Below the pieces are notes generated by a model. It was not told the DNA's origin. It made no database searches and saw nothing but the letters and a program-made list of their open reading frames with translations. Shown here in pieces: positions 1-11,881 of a stretch of 64,000 nucleotides of DNA (position 1 is its first letter; every line of letters starts with the position of its first letter). Position numbers and translations under genes: made by a program. The DNA is taken from the NCBI GenBank assembly GCA_973895155.1, contig OZ316891.1, positions 27,565,561 to 27,629,560 of the forward strand, read 5' to 3'. Source of the stretch: Marsupella aquatica. Taxonomy: Eukaryota > Plantae > Marchantiophyta.

Positions 1-1159
1 CTGGTTTCCATATATATGGTCACTATCGTTCACAGGTGTCACCAGTTGCCAAATCCATCTGTGTCGATATAATCTTTTCAAATGGAATAACAGAATGATT
101 AGTTTCCAGGTTGAATCTTTGTTGAAGTTGTTTCACTAAATTTTCTATTGTGTTAAGTTTATGTACATTTCACCAAACTTTTTAATTGAAGACACTTGGA
201 AATGACTGAGGGGAATGAGAGTCTCAGCACAGGAGCCCCATGAACTGCTCCGGATATACAAAGGACCGGGTGCAGCAAAATTATCAATGATGAATATGCG
301 ACAACGAAAGAGCTAGTATCTTCCATCTGGCAAGCTGAAGACACGCTTCGAGTCTGAGAAAGTGAAGCTCTGCAGTCTCTTTTGATGTGGTCAGCTTTGG
401 TCATTGTCGACATGTGAGGCAGTGCTAAATGATGATCGTCACAACTGAACGAACACCATTCCGTAATTATGAAGAGAAAAGTAAAGTAGGATGTAGCTAC
501 TTAGGAAGATAAGAGGGAGGCATGCGAATTGGAAAAAATTCAATATCGCATACTAGTAGAAACATCTCCGCATGGTCAAACAAGTTTCTCAATACTATTT
601 TATACTAGGTTCCGGAGAATCAAAGAAAACATACACCACTGAAAAAAAAAGTCAAAATCACGGAAAATTTGTCAAAATCGGTCAAAACGAAAGAACGACT
701 CTCAAATTATCAATAAAAGCTGGAATCTCAATTCATTGTGTTGTGACGGAGAAGGTAGACGTTAGTAGGGACTGAATGGCTAAAAGGGCACTAGACACTT
801 GTAAAGCTCAGTCTCAACATTACGAGTGAGTCTCGAACTAACAAAATATACATTTCCCAGTTTCCCCCCTTGAGCGGCTTTTGGAGATACTGGTTGGTGT
901 GCGCATGCGTAATTCGAACTTTTCGTCGCTTTGGAGATCATGCTATATAATGCGTGGCTTTTGACGTCCAGTGAGGCGTGAGCTACTGAGATCCAGGACG
1001 CAGAGTGACCCTTGACCGGCATGTTCACACTTCACAGCCAATCCACGCCCCACATGCTGACAAACATATTGCTGGCATTTGCTGCCCAAGCTATCATCTA
1101 TCACTTACAGATACAATAGGCCATGTCTAAGTATCCACGAAGTTAGTGCATTTGGTGGT

Positions 1160-1330
1160 ATATAAAAGGAGAAGTACATTTCTCACTTTTCCACATTTTT
1201 TTTCTCCTCTAAGGTGAGACTTTGCTTCACAATTTCAGGAAAATGATACTAAAAAATGATACCATCACAATTTCAGGAAAATGATACCTGGTGGATCCAG
1301 GTTTTGTCATGCACAGTGGTGGCTTTAATT
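1160..1330. repeat. Dispersed repeat with TATA-like box, related to 44610-44760 (possible LTR/TE relic)
   Basis: Collinear shared blocks tataaaagg..gaagt, cttttccacatt, ctttgct.cacaa.ttcaggaaa and tggatccaggttt.gtcatg at both loci. Confidence 0.5.
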
Positions 1331-2299
1331 GCAGGCTACTCGTACTTCCCAAGAAAACCAGATATTCTTACAAATAGATGCAGCAAAAAACTGCACCCTT
1401 CCTAACTGTACAAAAACCCAAAACCCTCGGAGGAATAGACAACTACTGAACATGGGAGGTATTGTATAATGTAAGTAAACAAGAATTTTGTAAGCTAGGA
1501 GAGTGTTGTTAGCAACACCACACTGGTTTTCAATTTTTTTGCTTTTTCTCCCTTTTATATTTTTTGGGTTTCTCTATGACTCCAAATGGGTACTAAGTTA
1601 GCTAGCAAAAAGAGGAGTACTAAAAGTGTATCTTAATAACCAGGTTGTTGTAGCAAGGGCAGCTGGATAGAAAAAAAATAGTGTAAAAATTAGGGGTCAT
1701 GGGAAGAAAAATTGACTCGCAAGCTAAAATAACCCTAAACATAGACCAGTTGCCCACCACTTGTAGGAGGGATTAAAATGCCTTTATTGATAGCTAGAGA
1801 CACGTTTCCGTTTGCATTATCTTTGCACTAATAAGTCTAATATACTACTATACCCATCCCATACACTAGAAGATAGAGATTGGGCTAATATTATCATCAA
1901 ACACTTCTACTAAAACTATTTAGAAAATATTTTTTAATGTATTCAATGTATTTAAAATTTTATCAAAATTATACTAATGGGTGTTTATTTAGTTTTTTTC
2001 CAATTTCAAAAATATGGTTATAATTTCCAAAAATCCTTCATGGATTCCACTCAAAACACACTGTAATCTCTTTAGGTCTATGTAAAAGATTACATTGCAG
2101 GCTAATACACACGCTTCTACAACGGGAATGAGCCATACTTTGATGATTATGAGTTCCAATATATTTTTGAGATGTATACAAGTAAATTAGAGAAGGGGGT
2201 GATATGAAAAACACAAGTACAAATATTTTACGAAGGAAGTTTACTCTTTGGCATTATGTTATGCTGAAAAATTCAACCCATATGGTCAAAAATTAGCTG

Positions 2300-2950
2300 C
2301 CACTTCGACCCCCGGTTTGACCTTGCCCGTCAAACTGGCCAAAAATCGTCGGCAAATCGGCAACCCGGCACCCGGGTTCGGGAGCAGTCCGGGCCGGGAC
2401 AAGTTCGGGAGACATTCGGGCCGGGTTCGGGCGAGGTTTGGGGGAGGTCGGGGGAGTTCGGGGGAGTTCAGGCGAGGGGGAGTTCGGGTTCGGGGGAGTC
2501 TGGGCCGGGTTCGGGGGAGTTTGGGCAAGGTTCGGGGGACCGGGAGTTCAGGGTAGGTCGGGGGAGTTCGGGGGAGGGTCGGGGGTGTTTCGGGGGAGTT
2601 TCGGGGGAGTTCGGGGGAGTTCGGGAAGGGTCCGGGTTCGGGTCCGGGGGAGTCCGGGACTCTAAACCCCGCCCTCCTTCCCCCAGCCCCGACCCCAGAC
2701 CCGGCCCCGGCTGGCTGCCACCCCGAACCGGGGTCCGGGGGAGTCCGGGTTCGGGTCTGGGGGAGTCCGGGAAGGGTCCGGGTGAGTTCGGGAGGAGTCC
2801 GGGAAGGGTCCGGGGGAGTCCGGGTGAGTTCGGGAGAATATTGTGGAATATCCGTCAAATTGATCATTTTCGAGCTGTCATTTGACAGTTTGACGTGCTC
2901 GGCAAGCCGTCAACTTGCCCGTCAGGTTAAACCGGGCTTCGACCGAACTG
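2300..2950. repeat. GC-rich element with strand-biased G-rich minisatellite (GGGGAGTTCG-like) and imperfect terminal inverted repeats
   Basis: Many gggggagttc/gggtccgg units 2370-2835; ccggtttgacct (~2312) is inverted against aggttaaaccgg (~2924); flanks are AT-rich. Confidence 0.7.
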
Positions 2951-3907
2951 TAGCTTACCTACAGTAGTACTCTATCATATACTAACACTATAATATGTTT
3001 GAGTATATAAAAATCAAAGTTACTTCGAACTAAACTCAAAATTTGAGAAATGTGTTCCACGGGTTCAAACATGAACCTTGTGGGCGATGGGGGCTTCAAA
3101 TTCGGAGGGCCACACGAGATTCTTAGTTTTTAGATTCGCCAGAAAGAGACACTCCGACGATAGGATACTTGCGCAAATGAATTGTTCTGCGTGTAAGATT
3201 CAGCCTTAATGCAACCGACTCGATGTATATCCCGTATAATGTTTATTCTTTGCTCTTGGAGGTCAGTTCATTCCTGGTTCTAGACTGAGAAACATTTCCG
3301 CTAAACTTAATATGGAAGGCTGCAGACGAGAGGCCACACGTAAGACAATGAGATATTTCTAAACGAATGCTGACTATGCGCGATTGTAGTACGTGCCTCC
3401 ACCTATGCGCGCAACGGATTGGCTCCATTAGACTACCGAGAACTAGCATTCGTCTCGCTACGGTTTGAGTTTTTTTGTTTTGTTTCTGAAAAGTTGGAGG
3501 TCAATGATGAGGTCAATGATGGAGAGAGACAAAACAGCTGCGATTGTTGATTTGGGCCGCCCAAATCACTCTACTCGGATTCTCTATCAATGTTTCCGGA
3601 GAATATGGGGCGCGTGCTGGGACCAACAGGTGATGGTGTGATTCTTGGGAGGACAGCGAGTGACACTATTACAAGCGAATGAGGAGCTAGCATGGGAGGA
3701 GATCTACAGATTGGTTTGCAATTAATCTTCTTAATTAGGAGGTAGATGACCAAGCCACGCATCTTTCTCCAAAAGTTAATTTCTCTCTTAGGGAAGCTGT
3801 TGGAATATTAAATGAGACACTTCTTGGAGTATCTTCCCAAGTCGATCTGTAGAGATTTTAGGTCCTGGACCAGTTATATTGTAGTTTTCTTTCAATCTAA
3901 GTAGTTG

Positions 3908-3992
3908 TGAATAGTGTGGACTGTGAATAGTGTGAACTGTGAATAGTGTGCATCGATCTGTAGAAATCGATTTCTACAGATCTGATCGATGT
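3908..3992. repeat. 16-bp tandem repeat followed by a perfect 28-bp palindrome
   Basis: gtgaatagtgtg(g/a)act x~3, then gatctgtagaaatcgatttctacagatc at 3955-3982 is its own reverse complement. Confidence 0.85.
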
Positions 3993-4197
3993 TGACACTG
4001 TAGTCTTTGAATGTTGAACTATATGCTGTAAACAATGAACTTTAATTGCATGACAATTCTCACAAACGAGGCATCTACAGGACAGTACTATTCAGGATAA
4101 CACTATCTCCAACAAATTAACATGAGTTCAGTTTGGAAACTTTATGAACACCTAATAATAGACAAGTTTCAAGATATCTGCAACTTTGGTTAATTCC

Positions 4198-5330
4198 TTT
4201 TTCTTTTCTTTTTTAAGGGCGCCCGTTTATTCGAGAGGCCACCGCGGCGAAGACCAGCAGGGCACAAAAAAAATAACAAACCCAGAGGGCCAAAGCACAC
4301 AAGAACCACACTGAAATGAGCATATCCACCCAAAGGAAACCACTAACACCCCACACAAAGGATGACATGCAAGAACAAGGGCCGACCACCCAACAGAAGG
4401 CAAGAGCCTTGACACAAAGCACCTCCCAAAAGAGGAGTTGGTTGTCCTCAGACAACAGCAAGTCAGACTCCCCAAAAATGGGACAAAAGGGAGAGCATGG
4501 TCATCGCATATCCCAGTCAATCATAGTAGTGATGTCCCTGAGTGTTCGATTCAACCACCAAGCCTTTTGTACATTGTTAGTACGTTGAAGCTTAGTGTGA
4601 ATAGTTACTGCAGCTCCATGGAAAATGAGATGCAATGGGAACCGAGCAGAGTTAGCTCAAAAAGTCCGTTGGCAACACTCCAACTAGATGCTCTGAATCA
4701 TCGTGTGAATGAGTAGAAGGAAGCCAAGGTTGCGTTTTTGGGACCTCATCGCAGTATCAAACTTGCCAACGAAAGAGCAGCCTGCAGACTTGACCAGACT
4801 AATGCCCACGGCTGTGTACTCAAGTTGCATCCATGGTGGGCAAAGCTAACAGCAATCATAAAACATATGTTCAACCATTTCACTGGCCGCTTTACACACA
4901 GTGCACATGCCATCACTCACGTCCCATATAAGAACACAAGAGTTGGAGAAAAACCCAGTGTGTTCAAAACACCTTCCAAAAATCTAGCTTATTAACAGTA
5001 GGAGAGGATAAACCTTTCCATAGATGGATCCACCCACTCCGCTATAGCACATGAGAATCAAGAGAGACCCAGCGGCGATTGAGTTGTGTAATGGGAGGCA
5101 TAGGCTATTGCAAGATGGTGGCCCAGGTTTTAGTGGGAAGATTCCACCCTTTCTTTACTCCCGTCTGCCATGTCCACATCTAAGCAACTAAGCTAAGCAG
5201 TTACCCCAATGCCTCTGGCTGTTCTAGTGACGGAGGCATTTATGGGGCTTCAATTTGGGTCCTCTCCATTGACGAAGAAGTTAATTAAGTTGCCACAAAA
5301 AATAGACTACCTAACCTATTGTCCCTCATT
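4198..5330 (-). mobile_element. Degenerate 3' end of an L1-type LINE (zf-RVT zinc knuckle, 3' UTR, polyadenylation signal, A-rich tail)
   Basis: Minus strand ~4920-4850 reads VSDGMCTVCKAASEMVEHMFYDC (CxxC..E..H.F..C); AATAAA at 4231-4226 is followed by an A-rich tract 4214-4198; frame broken by stops; 5' boundary approximate. Confidence 0.75.
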
Positions 5331-5562
5331 TCAACTTATATTTGGTGAAAGATAGCAAAAAGAATCTCATTTCATTTCCCAGCTCCATGGGTGGCTAGAG
5401 TCACAACGTAGAAGCTTCACTCTAATCCTTATTCTAACTTCTGGAGATTCTATCAGTACTGTACAACAATGTCAGCCAGATCAGACAAGCTACTGTAGGT
5501 CCTCTAGCTTGTCCTCTTACCTGACAGACAGTGTTAAATCCACGAAGGACCGGACTATGAGA

Positions 5563-6978
5563 TTACGCAACAATGGTGGGCAGCAGCCCCTCTGTGAACT
5601 GCCATAGCAACGAAGATTGCTGCGTCAAAAATGCGGCACCAGTGTAATACGTGTGCCTCTGCCCTTGGAGCCCATAGAGCTCCCGATAGAACCCACCAGC
5701 AATGGCGCTCGCAGGCACATACATCTCAAATGGGATATGGCTCGAGAATGTCGCAAACGATGGCGTCGTGGTGGTGGTCGTCATGTTTACTCGTTGTAGA
5801 CGCAGAAGTGCGGAGATGATGTTCGCTTCCACTTGATCCGCGGAAAGATAATAGGAGCTCCCGTAAAACACATGCGTCAAGTCCGGGACTCCTGATGGGT
5901 AGATTGCATAAGGACCCGGGAGAACGGGCAGATGATAAGGCGTATTCTCGCCAGCGTTGAACACACTGCCATCAATGCCTGCATTGCGGACCAGACTTGT
6001 GTAGTAAAAAGCATTCTGGAATTGGGCGAAGAGGGCAGCCTCCTGCGCGGAGAGATCGAAACCGACGAGGTTGCTGAGCTTGGGAGGGATGCTGACGACG
6101 ATTTTCTTGGCTCGGATGAGCTTGGTGAGTTTGCCGTTCGAGGTCTTGACCAGGACCTTCACATACCCATCTTCGTCAACGCTGCTTCGGTTTATCGCCA
6201 CAACGTGGCTGCTGAGGAGAACGTCGTCTGGGCCCAATACGTCATATGCTTTCTGGTAGACCTCACTGTTGTCTCTGCTGGTCGTAGTGAGGAAGCCGGC
6301 TTGCAAAGAGGTCACGACATCAAGACCGGTCAGCATCATAACATAGAGGGTTGGCTTGGCAAGAAGGTCACCGATCCCCTGAGCATATGTGGACAATAGA
6401 TATACAACGTCTTGGAGAGCGTATTTGGTCACGAATTGGCCAAATGGAAGGAGTAGATCCTCGGGTACTGGTGATGGTAGATCGAAGCCACCGGAGAGGT
6501 ATGGATACTTGGCGAGCTGGGCAGCGTATGCGCCAAGAGCTGCTGTTGGATCTGGAGGTGAAAACGTGGGGAGGATTTTGCCGGTGCTCAAGTCCGCATA
6601 CGTCGTGACTCCTGAAGCCGAAGCGTTTGATATAACGAACGAGACATTCAATCGCGTCAAATAGTTTTTTACAATATCGTTGACGGTCCAGTATAACACA
6701 CCAATATCGATTGGTGCTTTCGTGGCTGGATCAATGTACGTTTCTGTATGTCCGCCCAGGCGGTCCTTTCTCTCCACCACCACAACGCTCTTGCCCATGT
6801 CGTGCAACCGGATTGCAGCGTACGTGCCACTGGACCCGCCTCCGATGACACAAATGTCACGGGTGATGACATCCTGGGCTGGATACTGGCTGCAGTCGAA
6901 GCTGTAGTGCGCAGAAGTGAGGCTCAGCCAAGACACAACGATGAGCACCACAGTATCTCTAGAAAACTGAATGTTCAT
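5563..6978 (-). CDS. Secreted FAD-dependent oxidoreductase / flavin amine oxidase family, fungal-like, intronless (471 aa from ATG 6978)
   Basis: Intact ORF; hydrophobic signal-like N-terminus (VVLIVVSWLSLTSA); Rossmann motif RDICVIGGGSSGTYAA..VVVVERKDRLGGHTET; C-terminal LQGQRHTYYTGAAF..SSLLWQFTE. Confidence 0.9.
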   Translation of the reverse strand: MNIQFSRDTVVLIVVSWLSLTSAHYSFDCSQYPAQDVITRDICVIGGGSSGTYAAIRLHDMGKSVVVVERKDRLGGHTETYIDPATKAPIDIGVLYWTVNDIVKNYLTRLNVSFVISNASASGVTTYADLSTGKILPTFSPPDPTAALGAYAAQLAKYPYLSGGFDLPSPVPEDLLLPFGQFVTKYALQDVVYLLSTYAQGIGDLLAKPTLYVMMLTGLDVVTSLQAGFLTTTSRDNSEVYQKAYDVLGPDDVLLSSHVVAINRSSVDEDGYVKVLVKTSNGKLTKLIRAKKIVVSIPPKLSNLVGFDLSAQEAALFAQFQNAFYYTSLVRNAGIDGSVFNAGENTPYHLPVLPGPYAIYPSGVPDLTHVFYGSSYYLSADQVEANIISALLRLQRVNMTTTTTTPSFATFSSHIPFEMYVPASAIAGGFYRELYGLQGQRHTYYTGAAFLTQQSSLLWQFTEGLLPTIVA

Positions 6979-7897
6979 GATTAATGACGGCGTACCGATA
7001 AACTGATTTCTGCAAATCGATTTCTTCCGACAGATCACTAATGGAGACCCGAGGGCATCAATTGTAGGCTATTGCCAAAGTCAATTTACTCAAAACACAA
7101 TCTAGTCCGAGGTCTACCAAATGAGTGGTACTGGCTAAAATTGCCAATACGTAGGAACCTGCCTCCCTGTTTCCCGAAGTCTCGCTAGAAGTATGCCCTG
7201 AGAGAACCAGCACAACTTTGTGCTGCTCCAGTCAGCCAGTCTATAACAGTCGCGTGAGCTCGCGGAAGGACAGGATGACCTTTTGCTCTCGATATCAAAA
7301 TCCTCAGTGGAGTTAATCAAAATGCACATCACATGGGCAGAAGTGCCACCATTCAGTTACGCGAAACAACTATTCAGCACTACGAGAGTCTCTCAGTGCC
7401 CTATGTGAAAGCGATGGCCACTTGCAAACGAGGTCATCCATCGACTGATGCAAACGAATCCCAAGTCATCTTCTCTTACCCAACTACCGTCTAGAGAACG
7501 CATCGCTTTGAAATTCTCCGGAATGTCCCGAGCAATTGCTCTTCATGATTAGAAGCCTGAAGATGTTGGGCAGCACCAAATCTCTCGTCTGTCACGTACC
7601 CCAGAATCGGAAGAAATCGATCTCATGAAGCGGTACTCTCCTTCGAAATCGGCGAACACTACCACCAAAACTTTTCGATCTTTTCCCTCTTACTCCCTGT
7701 CTGTGCTTACTCAGCACTTCCTCACTCTATCATTCTCAGCAGAATGGCTGGTCTATCTCCTGAGGACGATACACGACTGCAGCAGAAAAGAAATGAGAGC
7801 TGAACGAGCCTGTACTCAAAATTCTACGAACTCTGGATCCTCATGTAGTACATTAATAATCTGCTGCTACATGGTGGACCCCTAGTAACAAAAATTC

Positions 7898-9629
7898 CTA
7901 GCTCCATATACTTGCCTTGCACAAAACATATGGTGAAGAAAAAAGATATCACGTGTTTGCACAAAAGATATTGCGTGAAGAAAAAAGATATCACGTGTTT
8001 GCACAAAAGATATTGCGTGCAGAAAAAAGAATGACACATTGTGACCCTCAAGATATTGTTGTTAAATAAAAGATGTACTCAAGTAAAATGGGTGGTTGCT
8101 CAAAAGATGTCATTGTTCAAAAGATGTCAGTATGCAAGATGTGAGTATGCAAAAGATGTAGTTTACTAAAAATATTGTTCAGCAAAAAAAGTCAATGTGT
8201 AATAAATGAAACAAAAAAAGTCAATGTGTAATAAATGAAGTTGTGCTAAAGATGTAGTTGGAAAAATATAATTGTGCAAAAGATATCTTTGTTAAAAAGA
8301 TTTCATTGTGTAAAATACAGAAAGAGAGCAACAACCACCACCAAAGTTCACTGATTTCTTTTTTTTGTTTTTGTCATGTATATCTTTTTAAACCTTAATA
8401 CCCTCACAGACAAAGAGTAATACACATACTTTTTACAGAAAAGGGCCAAATAGAGTAAAAAAAATAAACAAGAGAGGTCCCAAGTGGACAAAACCAAACG
8501 CAAAAGAAGTGAGCTAAAGAAAACCCCTAAAAACCAAGAAAGAGAAACTAAAAGAAGTGAGCAAAAGGAAACCCCTAAAAACCAAGAAAGAGGAACTAAA
8601 ACTACCGCAAATAGACCAAGGTCCTCATCATACCTACAAATGTGACAAAAAACTAATGGTCTACATCAAGTGTCGAAACTAAATCGGCAAGTGGGACTAG
8701 AATGTCCTCTAGGGGGGCTAGCCGCTGCGGAGTCACACTAGCACCCATTGTCAAAGATTGACGATAAATGGCCCGAGCTTGAGCACGCTATAAGGTGACT
8801 GAATTGCGTTGGCAAAAGTGCGTGGTCAAAATAGATAGCGGGGGTCCGGTGGGACCCATCCAGCCATGAACATACCGAGCAGCTTGGCGAAGAAGCCCGT
8901 CGAACTGATGATGGAGACGCCCAAATATCTCAAGAGCAAGGGACAGGAAGCTATCAGATGAAGCTCGTGCAGCATATTTGGCCTCCTTCGTTGTTGCTGC
9001 TCGTGATGTTGCTGCCCCTGCCGATGTTACGGCTGTCCCAATGATGTCTTGGCGCAATGGGTTTGCCACCACTACATCTGTCAAAGTACGTTGACCCTCA
9101 CTGACCATGGTAAGATCCACCTATAACCGCTGTGATGGAGGACCAGGTAACTCGAGCACCACCTCCCGCCGCGTGCAGACCAAAGAGCCAAAGAGAACCT
9201 GAGCAATCGCATCTCTCACAGCATTGTGAACAAAATGGTTTTGTCGCCCAAACTGCACCGCCGTCCCAGACCCTTTTCTTTTTCCTTCTTTTTCAATACT
9301 TTTTCTTGTCTTGTCTTTTGTCTCATTGATTAGATTGTGCACTATTTTTTATTGATTATGTAATATTTATAATTAAACTACTCTCCTGATGTAGCATTTC
9401 CTATGCATGAATGGTATGGCATGGAGCATAGTATGGCATGGATGGTAGACTAGGAGCATGGTGTAGGATGGAAGGCTTTTTTTGCTTGGAGAAGCGTGTT
9501 CACATCAAACATAATTATTATTTTTCTTATTCCTCTTTTTTTTCCAGTTCCTTTTTCTTTCACTCAAAAGATCTAGTCAAATTTGAATGATGAGCACTTT
9601 AAAAAAAGAGACGCAACCCCTATTATAGT
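7898..9629 (-). mobile_element. Non-autonomous Helitron-like element (AAAGATGT-ladder family) containing a CRE retroelement relic
   Basis: Minus-strand 3' end ttttgtgcaaggcaagtatatggagCTAG (to 7898); 5' end ctataataggggttgcg (from ~9628) matches the heads at 31425, 32773 and 33614; aaagat ladder 7930-8310. Confidence 0.55.
8654..9270 (-). pseudogene. Restriction-like endonuclease C-terminus of a CRE/R2-type non-LTR retrotransposon, with in-frame stops
   Basis: One frame reads HNAVRD..RL*VDL..DVVVANP..KEAKY..FLSLALEIFGRL..SVTL*RAQARAI; stops at 9121-9123 and 8788-8790. Confidence 0.75.
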
Positions 9630-11834
9630 TTCTAATAATTTTTATTTTTTTGGTTGCTTTTTTGGTATATTATATTGCATATCAGTGAGATAAGCCTTGG
9701 ACAAGTAACATGTGTAAGAGCCTTTGAAGCGTGTTCGGATAAGCCCTTCCAGATTTAATATGGATTTTTTAATATTTCTGTGATCTCCATACCTTAGGAG
9801 GCACTCTATGGGTCAAAGCTTGGCAATTGTTTAAAATGTCATATTTTAAGGGTAAAAGGGTCCTATGATAGAAGTTACTGGGAGTGATTGTCAAGTCAAG
9901 GCAAAGATGTTGAGGCAAAGCAAGTCCCAAGGTGCTATTGTGAAAGCAATGTTGTGGGGGACAGCAAGGGGCATGGGAGGGAACGCAAGATGTGGGGCGT
10001 TGGCTGGGGTGTTACGGGGTGTGTGGTTGCCCTTTGCTATGTGGAAGGAGAGGAATTCCCTTTTCTCCTTTTTTTTTTCCTTCTTCTCTTTGTGCCCTCC
10101 CTTTCTCTCCTTCAAGTCTCCCTCCCTGGCTCTTTGGCTCCCTCCCTCCCCCTTCCAACATGATTATTAAGAAATATCGAGAAGAAGGAAAAGGTGGAGC
10201 AAAAGCTAAATGATCTCTCCAAAAAAAGGAAAATTCCTCTCTTCCCTAGAGAAAAAACAAAAAAAAACTTATACCAATGTCACACACTTGTCAGTCTTGA
10301 AAGTATTTAATCAGCTCATGTATTTCGTAAATACCTACTTTAGAAGAAAATATATCCATGGTATTCACTTCAACTGGTTATCCCTTTCACTCAATCCAAG
10401 GGTATCAAAATCATTGAAATATATATGATGGTACTGGGCTGTTCCTTCCTTTCCAACTTTTGTAAATTGCACAAAATCTTTGAGATGGGATACTTTTTTA
10501 TAACGTGATTTGACATGTATACAAACCCATTGCTCATCCATTGCACAATTGTGATTACATTCATTTCATTGTTACAATCAATTATCACTCTGGCCATTTG
10601 GTTGTTGGGTCCATTTTATTCTTGAGGCCGTTGTGTCTTTGGTCAATAAGGTTATTGCACAAAAAAAAATTAGGATTGAGTGTTAAGATCCCGGTTAAGA
10701 TAACTTGGAAAAAATACTTCGTAGAGAGAATAGAGAAAAATTAATGATTTTTAATATATTACCAATGGACTTTTTAAAAAATCACTTTCCTCTAAATAAT
10801 CCGTTTTGAACTCACAACTTAAATTATATTATTCTCTTTCTGTACTTTTACTTTATGTGAATGGGGCAATTTACTTTACGTGAATGGGGCAATCCAAATG
10901 TAATGGGGGCTCTACTTAGATTTCTTGTCATACCCACCTACCTATGATAGCCACATGTCAACTCACACTCAATGAGTCAATTCCCAATGACTTTTTTTGG
11001 ATTTCAGGATGTTAGTGTATACGTCTTGCTTTTTCTTGGGGCCCTTTCCCCTCTTTTCATCCCCTTCATATTAATAGCATGTTCATCCGGGAACATGTCT
11101 TTTTTTCTTTTTCTTTTTTAAGCGGAAATATGTGAAACCCCACATAAAGGGAAGCGTGAACCGCAATAGTTGAACCCAAAACCTATCAGTCTTTTCAAGT
11201 GAGCTACCACAAAGTCATGCCTATCTGGGCAACATACCTCTTTTTTTTAGTGATATATAATTCATTTAATTTGTTTTATGATAAAAGACTATTCCATTAA
11301 GTTAGAGGCAAACATATTCAATTAAGTTAGGTCTCTAGAAAGTCCTGGCTCACAAAATCCAGAACTCTGTGCCGCCGATATGTTGGACCGACGGTCAGTA
11401 ATTTGCTCAGAGTTGAATTTAGACGCATATCGTGTATTTATTCGGGTATGTCTAGTCACCATGGTTAGGTGTCCACTGATGGAGCAAGGAAGACTAAAAC
11501 CCTACTGAGCAGAGAACTGAAAAGCCTGGTAGAGCACCGGAGTAAACTGCATAGGAGGGTCATGAATTAGAATCTGCCCTAAAACCAACCGCCTCGGCCC
11601 TACGAAGGATCAGCCAACCCAGGCGGCCAAGCTGCACAAAGGGCCGCCACCAACACAACAGGCGATCACGGGAAGCCGAATCCCAAAGGCCAGGAATGCA
11701 CCAGGCCACAGGAGCAGGCAAGCCCTCGGGCAGGGCAATCCCCCAACGGACACAGCACCAACCCCACCAACCGGGCCACCCAAGGCACAGGCAGCAGGGT
11801 GCTAACCAGGCCTTGGGCAGGGCAAGCACCCCCG

Positions 11835-11881
11835 CCCCCCCCCCCCCCCCCAACACACACACACACACACACACACACACC
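11835..11881. repeat. Poly-C tract plus (AC)n microsatellite
   Basis: C-run followed by about 14 AC units. Confidence 0.9.

Noticed and set aside
1-420. Coding-like sequence at the window edge
   Set aside because: Frames are short and interrupted; cannot be assigned without upstream context
2248-2867. Gly/Arg- and Pro-rich ORFs on both strands
   Set aside because: By-products of a stop-poor GC-rich repeat
6979-7038. 20-aa N-terminal extension of the oxidase in the ORF track
   Set aside because: Begins at GTG; the first ATG (6978) directly precedes the signal peptide
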